A DNA stretch of 64,000 bases from an uncultured Gammaproteobacteria bacterium (lineage in GTDB: Bacteria; Patescibacteriota; Microgenomatia; Levybacterales; UBA12049). The translations under genes were made by a program, and so were the position numbers. A model generated the notes under the pieces. That model was not told where the DNA came from. It worked only from the letters and a program-made list of their open reading frames with translations, and made no database searches. Location: the NCBI GenBank assembly GCA_964512695.1, contig CAZEJU010000003.1, positions 9,897-73,896 on the forward strand, in the 5' to 3' direction. This document shows, piece after piece, positions 29,518 to 38,549 of the stretch; the stretch's first letter is position 1, and every line of letters begins with the position of its first letter.

Positions 29518-30698
29518 TAAGCGATAATTTTAGTGATAACACCTGCTCCGACAGTTTTACCACCTTCGCGGATAGCGAAGCGTTGTCCCTCTTCGAGAGC
29601 AACTGGCACAATAAGCTTAACTTTCATTTTACTATTATCACCAGGCATAACCATTTCAACACCTTCTGGTAATTCAACTGCACCAGTTACATCTGTGGTT
29701 CGAATATAAAATTGTGGGCGGTATCCTTTAAAGAATGGCGTATGTCTTCCACCCTCTTCTTTCGTAAGAATATATGCTTCAGCGTCAAATTCTGTATGTG
29801 GTGTAATTGAACCTGGTTTAGCTAATACCTGTCCTCTTTCGACATCATCTTTTTCAACTCCTCGAAGAAGAAGACCGACATTATCTCCAGCTTGACCTTC
29901 ATCAAGTTGCTTTCTAAACATCTCGACACCAGTGACAACTGTAGATTTTGTGGGACGAAGACCAATAATTTCAACTGTATCATTAATCTTTACAACACCT
30001 CGATCAATTCTTCCTGTAACGACTGTACCTCGACCTTTAATAGAGAAAACATCCTCAACGGCCATTAAGAAAGGCTTATCTACAGGGCGTTCTGGCGTAG
30101 GAATATAATTATCTACTGCATCCATTAATTCCATGATTTTCTTCTCATATTCTGCATCACCCTCTAATGCCTTAAGAGAAGATCCTCGGATTATTGGCAC
30201 GTCATCACCTGGATATTTATACTTGGTAAGCAATTCACGGACTTCCATTTCAACGAGATCGAGAAGTTCAGCATCTTGTACCATATCACACTTATTGAGA
30301 TAAACAACGATTGCTGGAACACCGACTTGATAAGCTAAGAGAATATGTTCTCGGGTTTGAGGCATTGGACCATCTGGTGCGGAAACGACGAGGATAGCAC
30401 CATCCATCTGCGCAGCCCCAGTAATCATATTTTTAATATAATCAGCATGACCTGGAGCATCAATGTGAGCATAATGTCTTTTTGCAGTTTCGTATTCAAT
30501 GTGAGAAATGTTAATGGTGACCCCACGAGCTTTTTCTTCTGGAGCATTATCAATATCTTCGTACTTTTTTGCTTGAGCGAGACCTTGCTTTGCAAGTACT
30601 GTCGCAATTGCTGCTGTTGTTGTGGTTTTACCATGGTCAACATGACCAATAGTTCCAATATTTACGTGTGTTTTAGTTCTTTGAAATTTATCTGCCAT
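29517..30698 (-). CDS. tuf: Elongation factor Tu
   Basis: [34 protein letters not shown]. Confidence 0.99.
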   Translation of the reverse strand: MADKFQRTKTHVNIGTIGHVDHGKTTTTAAIATVLAKQGLAQAKKYEDIDNAPEEKARGVTINISHIEYETAKRHYAHIDAPGHADYIKNMITGAAQMDGAILVVSAPDGPMPQTREHILLAYQVGVPAIVVYLNKCDMVQDAELLDLVEMEVRELLTKYKYPGDDVPIIRGSSLKALEGDAEYEKKIMELMDAVDNYIPTPERPVDKPFLMAVEDVFSIKGRGTVVTGRIDRGVVKINDTVEIIGLRPTKSTVVTGVEMFRKQLDEGQAGDNVGLLLRGVEKDDVERGQVLAKPGSITPHTEFDAEAYILTKEEGGRHTPFFKGYRPQFYIRTTDVTGAVELPEGVEMVMPGDNSKMKVKLIVPVALEEGQRFAIREGGKTVGAGVITKIIA

Positions 30699-30749
30699 AG
30701 TTTTATTGTTAAGACAAAATAAATCTCATTTGGGAATGAGATATAGTGT

Positions 30750-30778
30750 ATATTACACTACTTTGTTTTATTCGTCAA
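30750..30778 (-). promoter_or_regulatory. Sigma70 promoter of tuf
   Basis: TTGACG-17 nt-TAATAT. Confidence 0.7.
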
Positions 30779-30867
30779 TACCCTTTTAATAATTTAATAA
30801 AAATTAATTAAGAGTAGTGTAATAAACAATTACTTATTTTACAATAACCTTTATATCTATGCAATAT

Positions 30868-31530
30868 CTATTTTTGTAGATAAGCAGGTAACTCACCGAA
30901 ATTATGAAGAATATTTTTTGCATTAAGCCCTAAATTTATAAATTGCTCTTTTGTAGTAAAACCTGTCGTTACTGCTATAAAGGAAATACCCTTTGCTGCG
31001 GCTGCTTGATAATCTACGACATTATCTCCTACATATATCACTTCTTGTGACGAAATCCCTAACTGTAGTAATAATTCTAAACCTGCATCAAAAACTCTCG
31101 GGTCAGGTTTATGAAAGGGAAAATCTTCACCACTGAAGAAAAAAGTATAAGTATCATCCGGTAAGTGTAAATATCTTCTAATGGTATTCTCCATGCCTTT
31201 CCGAGGACCTGAACTAATCACTCCAAGTTTATAACCTGCTTTTTTTAGAGATGAAATTGTTATTTTCGTAAAGGGAAAGGGTTGTAAACAGAAATCAATT
31301 TCTTGAGCATGTTGTAGAAAACTCTTGGTTAACTTTTCTTCAGGTATTCCTGGCCATAAACCTGGTAAAAACGTTTTTAATGGTTTTCCCCATTGTGAAG
31401 CAACTGTCTTAAGAGAAGGATTGTCTAACTTGTATGCTGTCGAAAAAGATTTATAAAGATTAAGACATGATTGTAAAGAAGCAACTTTTGTATCATCCCA
31501 ATCACAGATAATTGCTTTAATGTGTTTCAT
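30868..31530 (-). CDS. HAD-IA family phosphatase
   Basis: DWDDT, KPDP, YVGDN..D. Confidence 0.88.
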   Translation of the reverse strand: MKHIKAIICDWDDTKVASLQSCLNLYKSFSTAYKLDNPSLKTVASQWGKPLKTFLPGLWPGIPEEKLTKSFLQHAQEIDFCLQPFPFTKITISSLKKAGYKLGVISSGPRKGMENTIRRYLHLPDDTYTFFFSGEDFPFHKPDPRVFDAGLELLLQLGISSQEVIYVGDNVVDYQAAAAKGISFIAVTTGFTTKEQFINLGLNAKNILHNFGELPAYLQK

Positions 31531-31957
31531 GAGGACTTCTGGAATGTATAAACTCTTTTGCTTTCGATAATGCAAACTTTCTAACATTAGTCGTTGCTAA
31601 CTTAAGGGCATCATCAATACATATCCAAACGAGCCGTGAGTCAGGCTCTCCTTTTTCTTTAATATGAGAAGGAATTTCCCCTTTCCACTTTGTTACTAAA
31701 AACGCGAAATATCGAGAGCCTGTTTCTTCACGAATAGTATTACCAGCATACTGATATGCAAGTACTTTGATTTGTTCTCCAAGCTCTTCAGCGATTTCCC
31801 GTTTCATCGCTATTTGAGCATACTTTTCATCAATGTTTTTATCACCATGTTCAATCCCGCCTCCGGGAATATGCATCTCTTCATATACACCGCGTGGCCG
31901 GAACTCAAGAAGAACATCTCTATCTTTTATGAATAAAAATACTACAGCTTCTCCCAT
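31517..31957 (-). CDS. NUDIX hydrolase
   Basis: PGG.IE...A..REIAEELG Nudix box with a short insertion. Confidence 0.85.
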   Translation of the reverse strand: MGEAVVFLFIKDRDVLLEFRPRGVYEEMHIPGGGIEHGDKNIDEKYAQIAMKREIAEELGEQIKVLAYQYAGNTIREETGSRYFAFLVTKWKGEIPSHIKEKGEPDSRLVWICIDDALKLATTNVRKFALSKAKEFIHSRSPHETH

Positions 31958-32119
31958 AAGCAAAACCTATCTATTATACGCTATTTTTCTCTTAATAGAT
32001 AGTCAAAGGTATCTTGCAAGGAGGAATTCCACATTCATCTGAGCTTTATATAACATCTTGCTCTACAACTTTCTTACATATTCTTTATTTAAATAAAATT
32101 ACAAAAAACTGTCGTTTTC

Positions 32120-32779
32120 CTATAGAGAGAAAACCTTTCTAACTTCTTGGAGAACTATTTGCCAATCTTTGCATATAACTACATGTATATCATCTCTGGG
32201 AGATTCTTCGCGATCATATAAAAAAACCGTTCCTTGATACGTAGCTGGTAGCTCTTTCACAAGATTTTCATTATCATCAATAATACCTATTACTTCAGGA
32301 TAAAGAGATTCAAGTACTTTTGCTTTCCATTTATTCGCATCCTCAAGCGGAATTGCCTTGGGTCGTGCTATGACCTCTGCTTCTGGAAATGCATGTTTTT
32401 TTAACCATTTTTTTGTTCCTAAAATCACAGAGTCAGGTCGAGTTGTTAAATAAGCGACTATGGGTAGCATACGATGTACTTCTTGTATAATAATGTCAAC
32501 TCCTTCTATTAATGGAAGACTTTCCTGCAATGAATCGTCATTTCTTCTATCTTCCATCCACTGTAAAGCCTCTGGTGTTTGCCAATAGGGAACAAGCTGT
32601 GTATATCGATATTTAGCGATAACTTGCTGAGGAGATAGATTTTCAGGATTACCGAACCTTTTAGACAGTTCTTTTACCCAGTAACCAACGGTCCATGATA
32701 ATGTCTCGTCAATATCTACAGCTATACCTCTTTTTTTCTCTTTAATTAGTTTTTCTTGTAATGTATTAATCGAACTCAT
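32120..32779 (-). CDS. HAD-like 5'(3')-deoxyribonucleotidase-type protein
   Basis: AVDIDETL, YLTTRP, T.KWL..H.F, IIDD. Confidence 0.75.
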   Translation of the reverse strand: MSSINTLQEKLIKEKKRGIAVDIDETLSWTVGYWVKELSKRFGNPENLSPQQVIAKYRYTQLVPYWQTPEALQWMEDRRNDDSLQESLPLIEGVDIIIQEVHRMLPIVAYLTTRPDSVILGTKKWLKKHAFPEAEVIARPKAIPLEDANKWKAKVLESLYPEVIGIIDDNENLVKELPATYQGTVFLYDREESPRDDIHVVICKDWQIVLQEVRKVFSL

Positions 32780-32788
32780 AACTGAAAA

Positions 32789-33088
32789 TTATATAACCAC
32801 TGAAACTAAATCTATCGCTGTATGTCCTCCAGTTGAAAAAACTATCGCTTTAATAGATGTATCTTGTAACATTTTATGAAAATCAGTAATTCGGTCTTCT
32901 GTGGTACCTGATGAGTAATACTGTCTTCCTAATGTGTGTGAACCTAGTACAATCTCTACTTCTAAACGTTCAGAAAAAGCTTTAACAGCAGCAAAGAATT
33001 CTTCTTTTCTATGCTGAATAGTATTTGAAGGAGAAATAATACCTACTTTGTCACCTTTTCTTAGTCTTGGTGGGATAAAAACATTCAT
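32789..33088 (-). pseudogene. Truncated LD-carboxypeptidase (S66) N-terminal fragment
   Basis: P.RL.KGDKVGIISPS, R..DF..M, I.AI....GG; stops at about 100 aa, before GxSD. Confidence 0.75.
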
Positions 33089-33107
33089 GAGCAAATTATA
33101 TCAGAGT

Positions 33108-33617
33108 CTATGGAGCATACTGAAAAGAATCGGCTAGAGAATTTAGTGTATCAAAGAGGAGTTCTTCAGAAGTGGTTAATACATATACATACCTTTCTCC
33201 TGAAAAAATAAAATAATAAAGGTCATTGTTAATAAAGCCCTTAACTGCAGGTAAATCGTCAATGGTAAACGTTTCACGTTTGGATAAAGAAAAAAGATTA
33301 TTATTAGTAAAATGTTGAAGGAATTCTTCGATATTTTCCTTATCTGTTGGTACACGCTTAATTGTTATATCTCCATCCTGTTTATGAAAAATTACTTCAT
33401 TTGTATCTTCTATCACTTGGAAAAAATTACTAACCTCTACAGAAAAAAGCATATCTTCTGAAGAAAAAGTTCGCATTTTTTCTTCAACTCTTGGTTTTTG
33501 AATGGTGTTTAAAGAATTTTTCGTATCTTGAAAAAGAAATACGAGAAGACAGAAGCCAAGGATAAATATACCGAAGTTAATGAAAAAATCTTTTTTCGTT
33601 TTTCCATGCAGTACCAT
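33108..33617 (-). CDS. Membrane-anchored PsbP-like hypothetical protein
   Basis: N-terminal TM, IDDLPAV, C-terminal ...SF pattern. Confidence 0.6.
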   Translation of the reverse strand: MVLHGKTKKDFFINFGIFILGFCLLVFLFQDTKNSLNTIQKPRVEEKMRTFSSEDMLFSVEVSNFFQVIEDTNEVIFHKQDGDITIKRVPTDKENIEEFLQHFTNNNLFSLSKRETFTIDDLPAVKGFINNDLYYFIFSGERYVYVLTTSEELLFDTLNSLADSFQYAP

Positions 33618-33658
33618 ACTTCTACATTAACGTGGAACTGAATGAATTGCAATAAATA

Positions 33659-34723
33659 TTAAAAATAGGAGTACGCCCAGTAGCTAAATTGATAAAGACC
33701 TTTTGACTTTAAGTATTTTATTTTTTGATTAACAGATTCTAAAGTTTCAAACCAGATAATGTGCTTCTTCCCATTCGCATCTTTATATGAAACTGTTGTT
33801 TCTTTCGACTCTTCATCCTTTTCTAAGAAACAATTTAATTTTTTACAGTCTTTATAGATCATACTCTCGATTTCAGAAGTACTACGTGATACACCAATCT
33901 TCTGAGAAATATTTTTCTCATCAATTTCCCAGTCATATCCATAGAGTCCGAAAATAAATACAATTTTTTCTAAAGGAGCATCTTGAGTTAAACGGTTTAT
34001 TAATAACTCCATATCATAACCATACGTTTCTTGCCCTGATAACGGAAAGTTTGGACCAGGATTCCCGCCAGCTTTATGGAGATCATAAGCCATAAGATAG
34101 AGCTGATCAACGTATTTCGACAATGTACTAATCTCAAAAGGCCGAACTCTATAATAGGTGTCTCCGTATATGGTCATAGAAAAAGTCAGGTCTTCTTTTT
34201 TAACGGAAAAAGAAAAACTTTCAATAAACTTATTAATATTTTGAATAACTGACTCGAAAGGAAGTGCAGACAATTCGAGGTTTAACACAATTCCATCAAA
34301 TCCATACTCTTTTGCTATTTTAATTGTTTCAGTTATAAAGATGTTTTGATTCTTTTTATTCTCCAAAATCGTAAAATTTGTCTTTGAGTCTAACATTCGC
34401 ACTGCAAGTAGTTTAGACTTTCCTTCTGCTATTTTAGTGAATTGCTTTAACCGAAGATATCCTGCGTCTTGTGTGTTTATTGTTTCTCCTTTAGGAGCAA
34501 TCCCGAAATATATTACTGTATCGTACTTTTGTAAATTCTCCGGGGTTTTAGGTATTGCCCAGTAAGGAACAAAAATTGAAGACTTTTCTTCTCTTATTAT
34601 TATCGTAGGAGAGACAACAGTATTTTTTTGTGTTTTTTCTTCTCGCTTTACAGGTGCAGTGTCTTTACTAAAAAAAATTATGAGGAAAAAAACTGAGATT
34701 ATTAGAAAAAAAAGTTTTCTCAT
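33659..34723 (-). CDS. Glycoside hydrolase family 18 protein, membrane-anchored
   Basis: GFDGIVLNLE, LMAYD, YGYDW, W at the C-terminus. Confidence 0.85.
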   Translation of the reverse strand: MRKLFFLIISVFFLIIFFSKDTAPVKREEKTQKNTVVSPTIIIREEKSSIFVPYWAIPKTPENLQKYDTVIYFGIAPKGETINTQDAGYLRLKQFTKIAEGKSKLLAVRMLDSKTNFTILENKKNQNIFITETIKIAKEYGFDGIVLNLELSALPFESVIQNINKFIESFSFSVKKEDLTFSMTIYGDTYYRVRPFEISTLSKYVDQLYLMAYDLHKAGGNPGPNFPLSGQETYGYDMELLINRLTQDAPLEKIVFIFGLYGYDWEIDEKNISQKIGVSRSTSEIESMIYKDCKKLNCFLEKDEESKETTVSYKDANGKKHIIWFETLESVNQKIKYLKSKGLYQFSYWAYSYF

Positions 34724-34768
34724 GCAGGTATTATATCGGTAACGAGGCACAAAAGGAAATTAATAATT

Positions 34769-35074
34769 TCAAGTAACCTCATCGAGAATAATTCGTTTAC
34801 TAAATAACCCTGCTTCTTTAGCTTTCTTTTGTTTAATTTGCTTTATTTTTTTTCTACTAAGTCCTCTTGCTTCCACTATAGCATCAAGCACCTCTAAAAT
34901 ATCCGCCATCTCCTCTTCGTTTTTTGCAAACAAAAATTCATTTATTTCTTCCTGGAGTTTTTCATCCAATTTTTTAAGGTATTCTCTATCATCCGCAATA
35001 TGAGTTACAGGTTTTTTACCTCTTGCCTGTATATTGAAGGGCACGTTGTCGCGAACAAGTTTATCGTATCTCAT
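34769..35074 (-). CDS. MazG-like NTP pyrophosphohydrolase
   Basis: YDKLVRD.VP, KL.EE..E, EE.ADILEV. Confidence 0.88.
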   Translation of the reverse strand: MRYDKLVRDNVPFNIQARGKKPVTHIADDREYLKKLDEKLQEEINEFLFAKNEEEMADILEVLDAIVEARGLSRKKIKQIKQKKAKEAGLFSKRIILDEVT

Positions 35075-35742
35075 GAATATACTGTATCGATTTTTTTCTT
35101 AATAAGAAAATGTTCTTGTTTAGGAAGTTTTTCACTTCTTTCTAAAATACCTTGGGCATCATGCCATTGACTCTTATGCTCCATCATTCCCTTTACCTTT
35201 ATATCCCATACTTTACTCGTATCAATTGTTTCGTTTATCTCTTCGTTTTTATATCCCGGTGGGAAATAGATAAAATACTCATCTTCTCGTTTTCTTTGCA
35301 CTTCATCAAGACAAAAGTACATTATTTTTTTTATGTAATCCTTTTTTTCAAAAATATATGATGTGACCATAGAAACAGCAACGTGATCGATATGTCCCGA
35401 AACTCCACGGGGTTCGTATGTTAGGAGAGTAGTAGGTCTGAACTTATCAAGTTCATGCTGTATTTTCTCGGCAAGTTCATGATAGATACTGTTACTAAGA
35501 GTGCCATCTTTATATCCTAAAAAAATGACGTTCTTTACACCTAACACTTTAGCAGAACGTTCAAGTTCTTCTCTACGAAGCTCTCCCAGCTCACATTCTT
35601 CTTGAAGACTAGTATCCCCTGCATCGCCATCAGTAACGCAAATAATATATACATCATGCTGCTGGGCGAGTAGTGTAATAGTACCTCCTGGTCCAAAAGC
35701 TTCATCATCAGGATGAGCAAAAATACAAACTATCGTTTCCAT
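35071..35742 (-). CDS. PIG-L family deacetylase
   Basis: AHPDDE, TDG, R.EE, GHIDH, HKSQ. Confidence 0.92.
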   Translation of the reverse strand: METIVCIFAHPDDEAFGPGGTITLLAQQHDVYIICVTDGDAGDTSLQEECELGELRREELERSAKVLGVKNVIFLGYKDGTLSNSIYHELAEKIQHELDKFRPTTLLTYEPRGVSGHIDHVAVSMVTSYIFEKKDYIKKIMYFCLDEVQRKREDEYFIYFPPGYKNEEINETIDTSKVWDIKVKGMMEHKSQWHDAQGILERSEKLPKQEHFLIKKKIDTVYS

Positions 35743-35791
35743 GATGGATTTATTTTACTATACTTGAAGCTAACTTAACAAATTTTAGCTA

Positions 35792-36052
35792 TTAACTTTT
35801 TGTTTCTTTACCTGTTTGTCCTTCTCCTTCAGTTAAAGCTAGAAGACTTCCCATTTCTTTAAGAAAACGTTTTGCATGATTACGACTCATACCTATTCGT
35901 GACACAATTCTTAACTGGTTGGAAGGACCTAGTTTCTGGCAAATATCGAGTACCACTCCATCCTCATTTGTTGTCATAAGAATATTATCTGTATAAAGTA
36001 TCGGTGTAGTATCAACATTTATATTTATTTGTAATTCATTTTTTTTATCTAT
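35792..36052 (-). CDS. DUF3467-like small protein
   Basis: P.LYTD, G.V.D, VSRIGMS..HAK; strong SD points to an ATA codon at 36052. Confidence 0.7.
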   Translation of the reverse strand: MDKKNELQININVDTTPILYTDNILMTTNEDGVVLDICQKLGPSNQLRIVSRIGMSRNHAKRFLKEMGSLLALTEGEGQTGKETKS

Positions 36053-36112
36053 AAAAATCACCTCCGTCAGTTATGCATTATTAACAAAGACCGTCTAAAT
36101 TGTAGTATAACT

Positions 36113-37129
36113 CTATATTCTTAACCCTGCGTTTTTTAAAATCTCATCAGAGGTTAATGGAACTATATTTGTACCGAATGATTTATTTAAACCCTCAAGC
36201 AAATAGTTTGCAAAAAGTCCATTTAGTACTGTACCTGGATGGATTGTATCACTAAGAAAAGCCCTTTCTGGATTATCACCTGGAATATATAATGAAATAT
36301 TTTCTGATCCTACTTTTGTACTTCCAAGAATGGCATTTGAAACTAATTTTCTATAATAATCATTTATATCTAGTAGTGTAATTTTACGTTTATCAGCTAT
36401 TTCAACAAGTTTTCTATTGACACTTGCGATAGCATTTGAAACACGTTCTCTTCCTTCATCATTTCTATTTGCAACTTCAATAACAGGACTAAGATTCCAA
36501 TCAGGTACGGTAACCAACACGATTTTAGAATCTGCAAGTTTCCCATTATTCAATCTAATTTTTTGAATCGTATCTAACATGAGTGTAATATTCTCAACAA
36601 TGTCTTCAATTTTTTCACGGAGTTCTCTTTCAGAAAGCACACCATTATAAATTGGTAAATAACCGTCTTTTGTATTAAAAGGCGAGAAATCATTTCCTCC
36701 GATATAAATAATTACGGCATTAATTTCTCCATTTGCTACATACTGCGCTAGACCCGTATGCTGTCCATTAGCAATAGCGTCACTGATTGTAGCTCCACTT
36801 CGAGACCAGTTATATTGAAATCCGGTTCTTCTTGCATCCCCCCATTGATTCCATACACCGAAGTTTATTCTCCTGTTTTTTACTAACTGTTCAACCCAAT
36901 TTAAGGTTGTGGGGGCGTATTCATATCCTCTTGCATCATCTGCCTGATATTCGTCTGATAAACTATCTCCTATTATTCCTATACCTTTAATAACGAAAGT
37001 TTGCTTAGTTTCGCGAAGAAACAATTTCATAAAGTATTTATCGAATATTTCTGGCCGAAAATACGTCATTAATAATGTAATAAGAAACGTGATACTAAAG
37101 AGAAAAAGTATATACTGATTTTTTGACAT
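36113..37129 (-). CDS. SGNH/GDSL hydrolase, membrane-anchored
   Basis: GDSLSD, SGAT, IGGND, D.IHP. Confidence 0.88.
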   Translation of the reverse strand: MSKNQYILFLFSITFLITLLMTYFRPEIFDKYFMKLFLRETKQTFVIKGIGIIGDSLSDEYQADDARGYEYAPTTLNWVEQLVKNRRINFGVWNQWGDARRTGFQYNWSRSGATISDAIANGQHTGLAQYVANGEINAVIIYIGGNDFSPFNTKDGYLPIYNGVLSERELREKIEDIVENITLMLDTIQKIRLNNGKLADSKIVLVTVPDWNLSPVIEVANRNDEGRERVSNAIASVNRKLVEIADKRKITLLDINDYYRKLVSNAILGSTKVGSENISLYIPGDNPERAFLSDTIHPGTVLNGLFANYLLEGLNKSFGTNIVPLTSDEILKNAGLRI

Positions 37130-37182
37130 AACGTGGCTTAGTATAGAAGGTTACAAAGAAAGGTTCAACTGTAAAATACATT

Positions 37183-37710
37183 CTATTCAACAATACTTAC
37201 TGTTCGCAGCATCTCATTAAAGATAGCCTCTTCATGCTTATCTATAAGCTGTAAAGAATAGTAGCCTTTTTTGAAAGGAAAATAATATGCAGATTTATAG
37301 TTATATTTGTTATCAAAAATAAATGCTTTTTTTCCATCTATAATACTTTCTTGTAAGAATCCTAGATAACGTTGCTGGGGATTATAGAAATCTTCAATAA
37401 AACTATTTGCTGATACTAAAAATATAACGGATATCTGCTTTCTATCATTATTGAAAACAACCATAAGATCAGACGTACCAGGTCCATAATTTTCCTTAAA
37501 CGTCCAAGTAGAAGGATAATATATCGAAACATGAAAATAAGAAGCATCTTCTTTTTCATATTTTTTCCAAAATATTTCTGCTGGCTTCCGAGTCATTTCC
37601 TTTATGAGAGTTTTCGAAGAATCCCAATTTACTTTCACAACAATAGTGATACTAATTAATACGATAGTTAAAAAAATTCCTGCTAGAAAAATACCTTGTT
37701 CTCGCTTCAT
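37183..37710 (-). CDS. Membrane-anchored PsbP-like hypothetical protein
   Basis: TM, WKKY, YPSTW, IDGKKA, FNEMLRT. Confidence 0.6.
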   Translation of the reverse strand: MKREQGIFLAGIFLTIVLISITIVVKVNWDSSKTLIKEMTRKPAEIFWKKYEKEDASYFHVSIYYPSTWTFKENYGPGTSDLMVVFNNDRKQISVIFLVSANSFIEDFYNPQQRYLGFLQESIIDGKKAFIFDNKYNYKSAYYFPFKKGYYSLQLIDKHEEAIFNEMLRTVSIVE

Positions 37711-37753
37711 TATTTATAATCTTTACAAGTACAGATCATGAAGTCAAGAGAAG

Positions 37754-38341
37754 TTACTTTGCCTTACGCAACTTCTCGTTTGTTTCTTTTTGCACCAATT
37801 CTCGCAATTCTTTTATCACATCATTAAAATTACAATGTTCGTGAGCGTAGATTAGATTAAATTCTTTTTCAATTTCGTTCCATGTAGAAATATCTGCTTC
37901 ATTATGTTGAACAAGTGTTTCTACTTTTTCAACAGCCTGTGCAAACTTTGATTCAGTACTTTGTCTTTTTTCGAACTCTTCCCATATAGCTGTTAATTCT
38001 TGCTGTTTATGTTTTGGCAACATCTTTAGTAATTTTTCTAAAGCTTTTTGCTCTAACTCATGCTTATTTGCTAATACTCCTTTCCAGGCATGATGATCGC
38101 CTGCATAGATTTCAGCAAGATCGTGGATAGTTAGCATTTGTAATACTTTTCCGATATCGACTTTCTTTCCAATTTCTGAATAAAGAACCAATGCAATTAA
38201 TCCAGACCGCCAACTATGCTCAGCAACACTTTCCTGTCTTCCATCAGATAACCAAGAATGACGAAGCAACTTTTTCAGCGGCTCAACTTCGTGGAAAAAA
38301 GACAGGTAGTCTCTTAACTTTTTGGTAGATGCCTTATTCAT
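37754..38341 (-). CDS. HD-domain hydrolase (YfbR/HDDC2-like)
   Basis: ESVAEHSW, HDLAE..AGD, W.EFE...S.E. Confidence 0.88.
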   Translation of the reverse strand: MNKASTKKLRDYLSFFHEVEPLKKLLRHSWLSDGRQESVAEHSWRSGLIALVLYSEIGKKVDIGKVLQMLTIHDLAEIYAGDHHAWKGVLANKHELEQKALEKLLKMLPKHKQQELTAIWEEFEKRQSTESKFAQAVEKVETLVQHNEADISTWNEIEKEFNLIYAHEHCNFNDVIKELRELVQKETNEKLRKAK

Positions 38342-38549
38342 ATGGCTAAGTATAAACCATTTTCCTAGAAGAGAGAAGTATTTATTAACGAATTAAGGTA
38401 ATTAAAAATTAAATTCAATAAAAAGCTTAAAACCATAATTGATCCGACAATCAATCCCATGTTGCTCCCAAACTCAAAGTAATTAATGTTACTAAATAAG
38501 GCAAACAAATACATTTATAGTAAAGATAAAAAAGTAGCTACCAACAAAT

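Noticed and set aside
31964-32119. Possible remainder of the S66 peptidase or a small ORF
   Set aside because: The three minus-strand frames I translated contain stops and show no S66 motifs.
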